DNA of 64,000 nucleotides from Podarcis gaigeae. Its lineage: Eukaryota. The position numbers were made by a program, and so were the translations under genes. Location: the NCBI GenBank assembly GCA_964106915.2, contig OZ066915.1; one strand, written 5' to 3'. Below the pieces are notes generated by a model. It ran no database searches, was not told the origin of the DNA, and saw only the letters and a program-made list of their open reading frames with translations. Below are positions 63,531-64,000 of the stretch, in pieces (the first letter of the stretch is position 1; each line of letters begins with the position of its first letter).

Positions 63531-64000
63531 CCCCGTAGGATCTTTCTTCTTCTTTTAATATGCCTAAGTTATTTTGTTTTGCTGGAGGAACTGGTGGCAT
63601 GCTGAGTCAGAGGGATGTGCTTGGGCTCTCTTGTCCTTTTAGTGTTTTACAAGGTATAAGAGCAAGGCACCCAAGAGATTATGACATACATTTTTTATTT
63701 ATGCATTTAAAAATGCAAACTGCACCTTTTAACCTATAAACAAGCAAGGTTCTCAAGGGTGGTTACAACCATTAAAACACAATAAAGGTAATTTTAAAAC
63801 ATAATAAAATATACTGCGTAGCTAAAAAAACACACACCCTAGAACTTCCATTCTTCACAGCAGCCAAGCACTTTACATCCCAAAGGCCTATGAATATAAA
63901 ATAATATATATTAAATATACAAGTATAAATTAAACATCCAATAAATATTCAATTAAAAACTTTGCTTCTGTTCATGTTGGACCTGAGTCTAAGGGATCTC

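Noticed and set aside
54911-64000. Next PLXNA1 exon (expected Y.YEGND...)
   Set aside because: Not found by eye; probably beyond the window end, though the N gap at 59179-59326 cannot be excluded.

Overview
Eukaryotic genomic DNA from a squamate reptile. The Sauria SINE and hAT MITE repertoire suggests a lacertid lizard (inference). The window lies inside the plexin-A1 gene (PLXNA1, + strand). Seven internal coding exons (141, 101, 124, 154, 100, 115 and 201 nt; 936 nt = 312 codons) splice in frame with canonical AG/GT sites and cover the end of the Sema domain, PSI1, IPT1, PSI2 and most of IPT2. Neither gene end is in the window. The introns are long and rich in repeats: CR1 and L2 LINE fragments, a Sauria SINE, MIR-like SINEs, and hAT and Tc1/mariner MITEs with clear TIRs and TSDs. 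Most notable: (1) a full-length, intronless, antisense ATP23 (XRCC6BP1) retrocopy with poly(A) and a 15-bp TSD, inserted into an L2 element; (2) a nested, near-perfect fold-back structure just downstream of the last exon seen, able to form mutually exclusive 40-46 bp stems; (3) a 116-bp perfect duplication that places one hAT MITE's left flank and TIR onto another copy 18 kb away. Almost all ORFs in the supplied track are spurious. I found no convincing new multi-gene system; the findings are candidate structural, regulatory or evolutionary signals.
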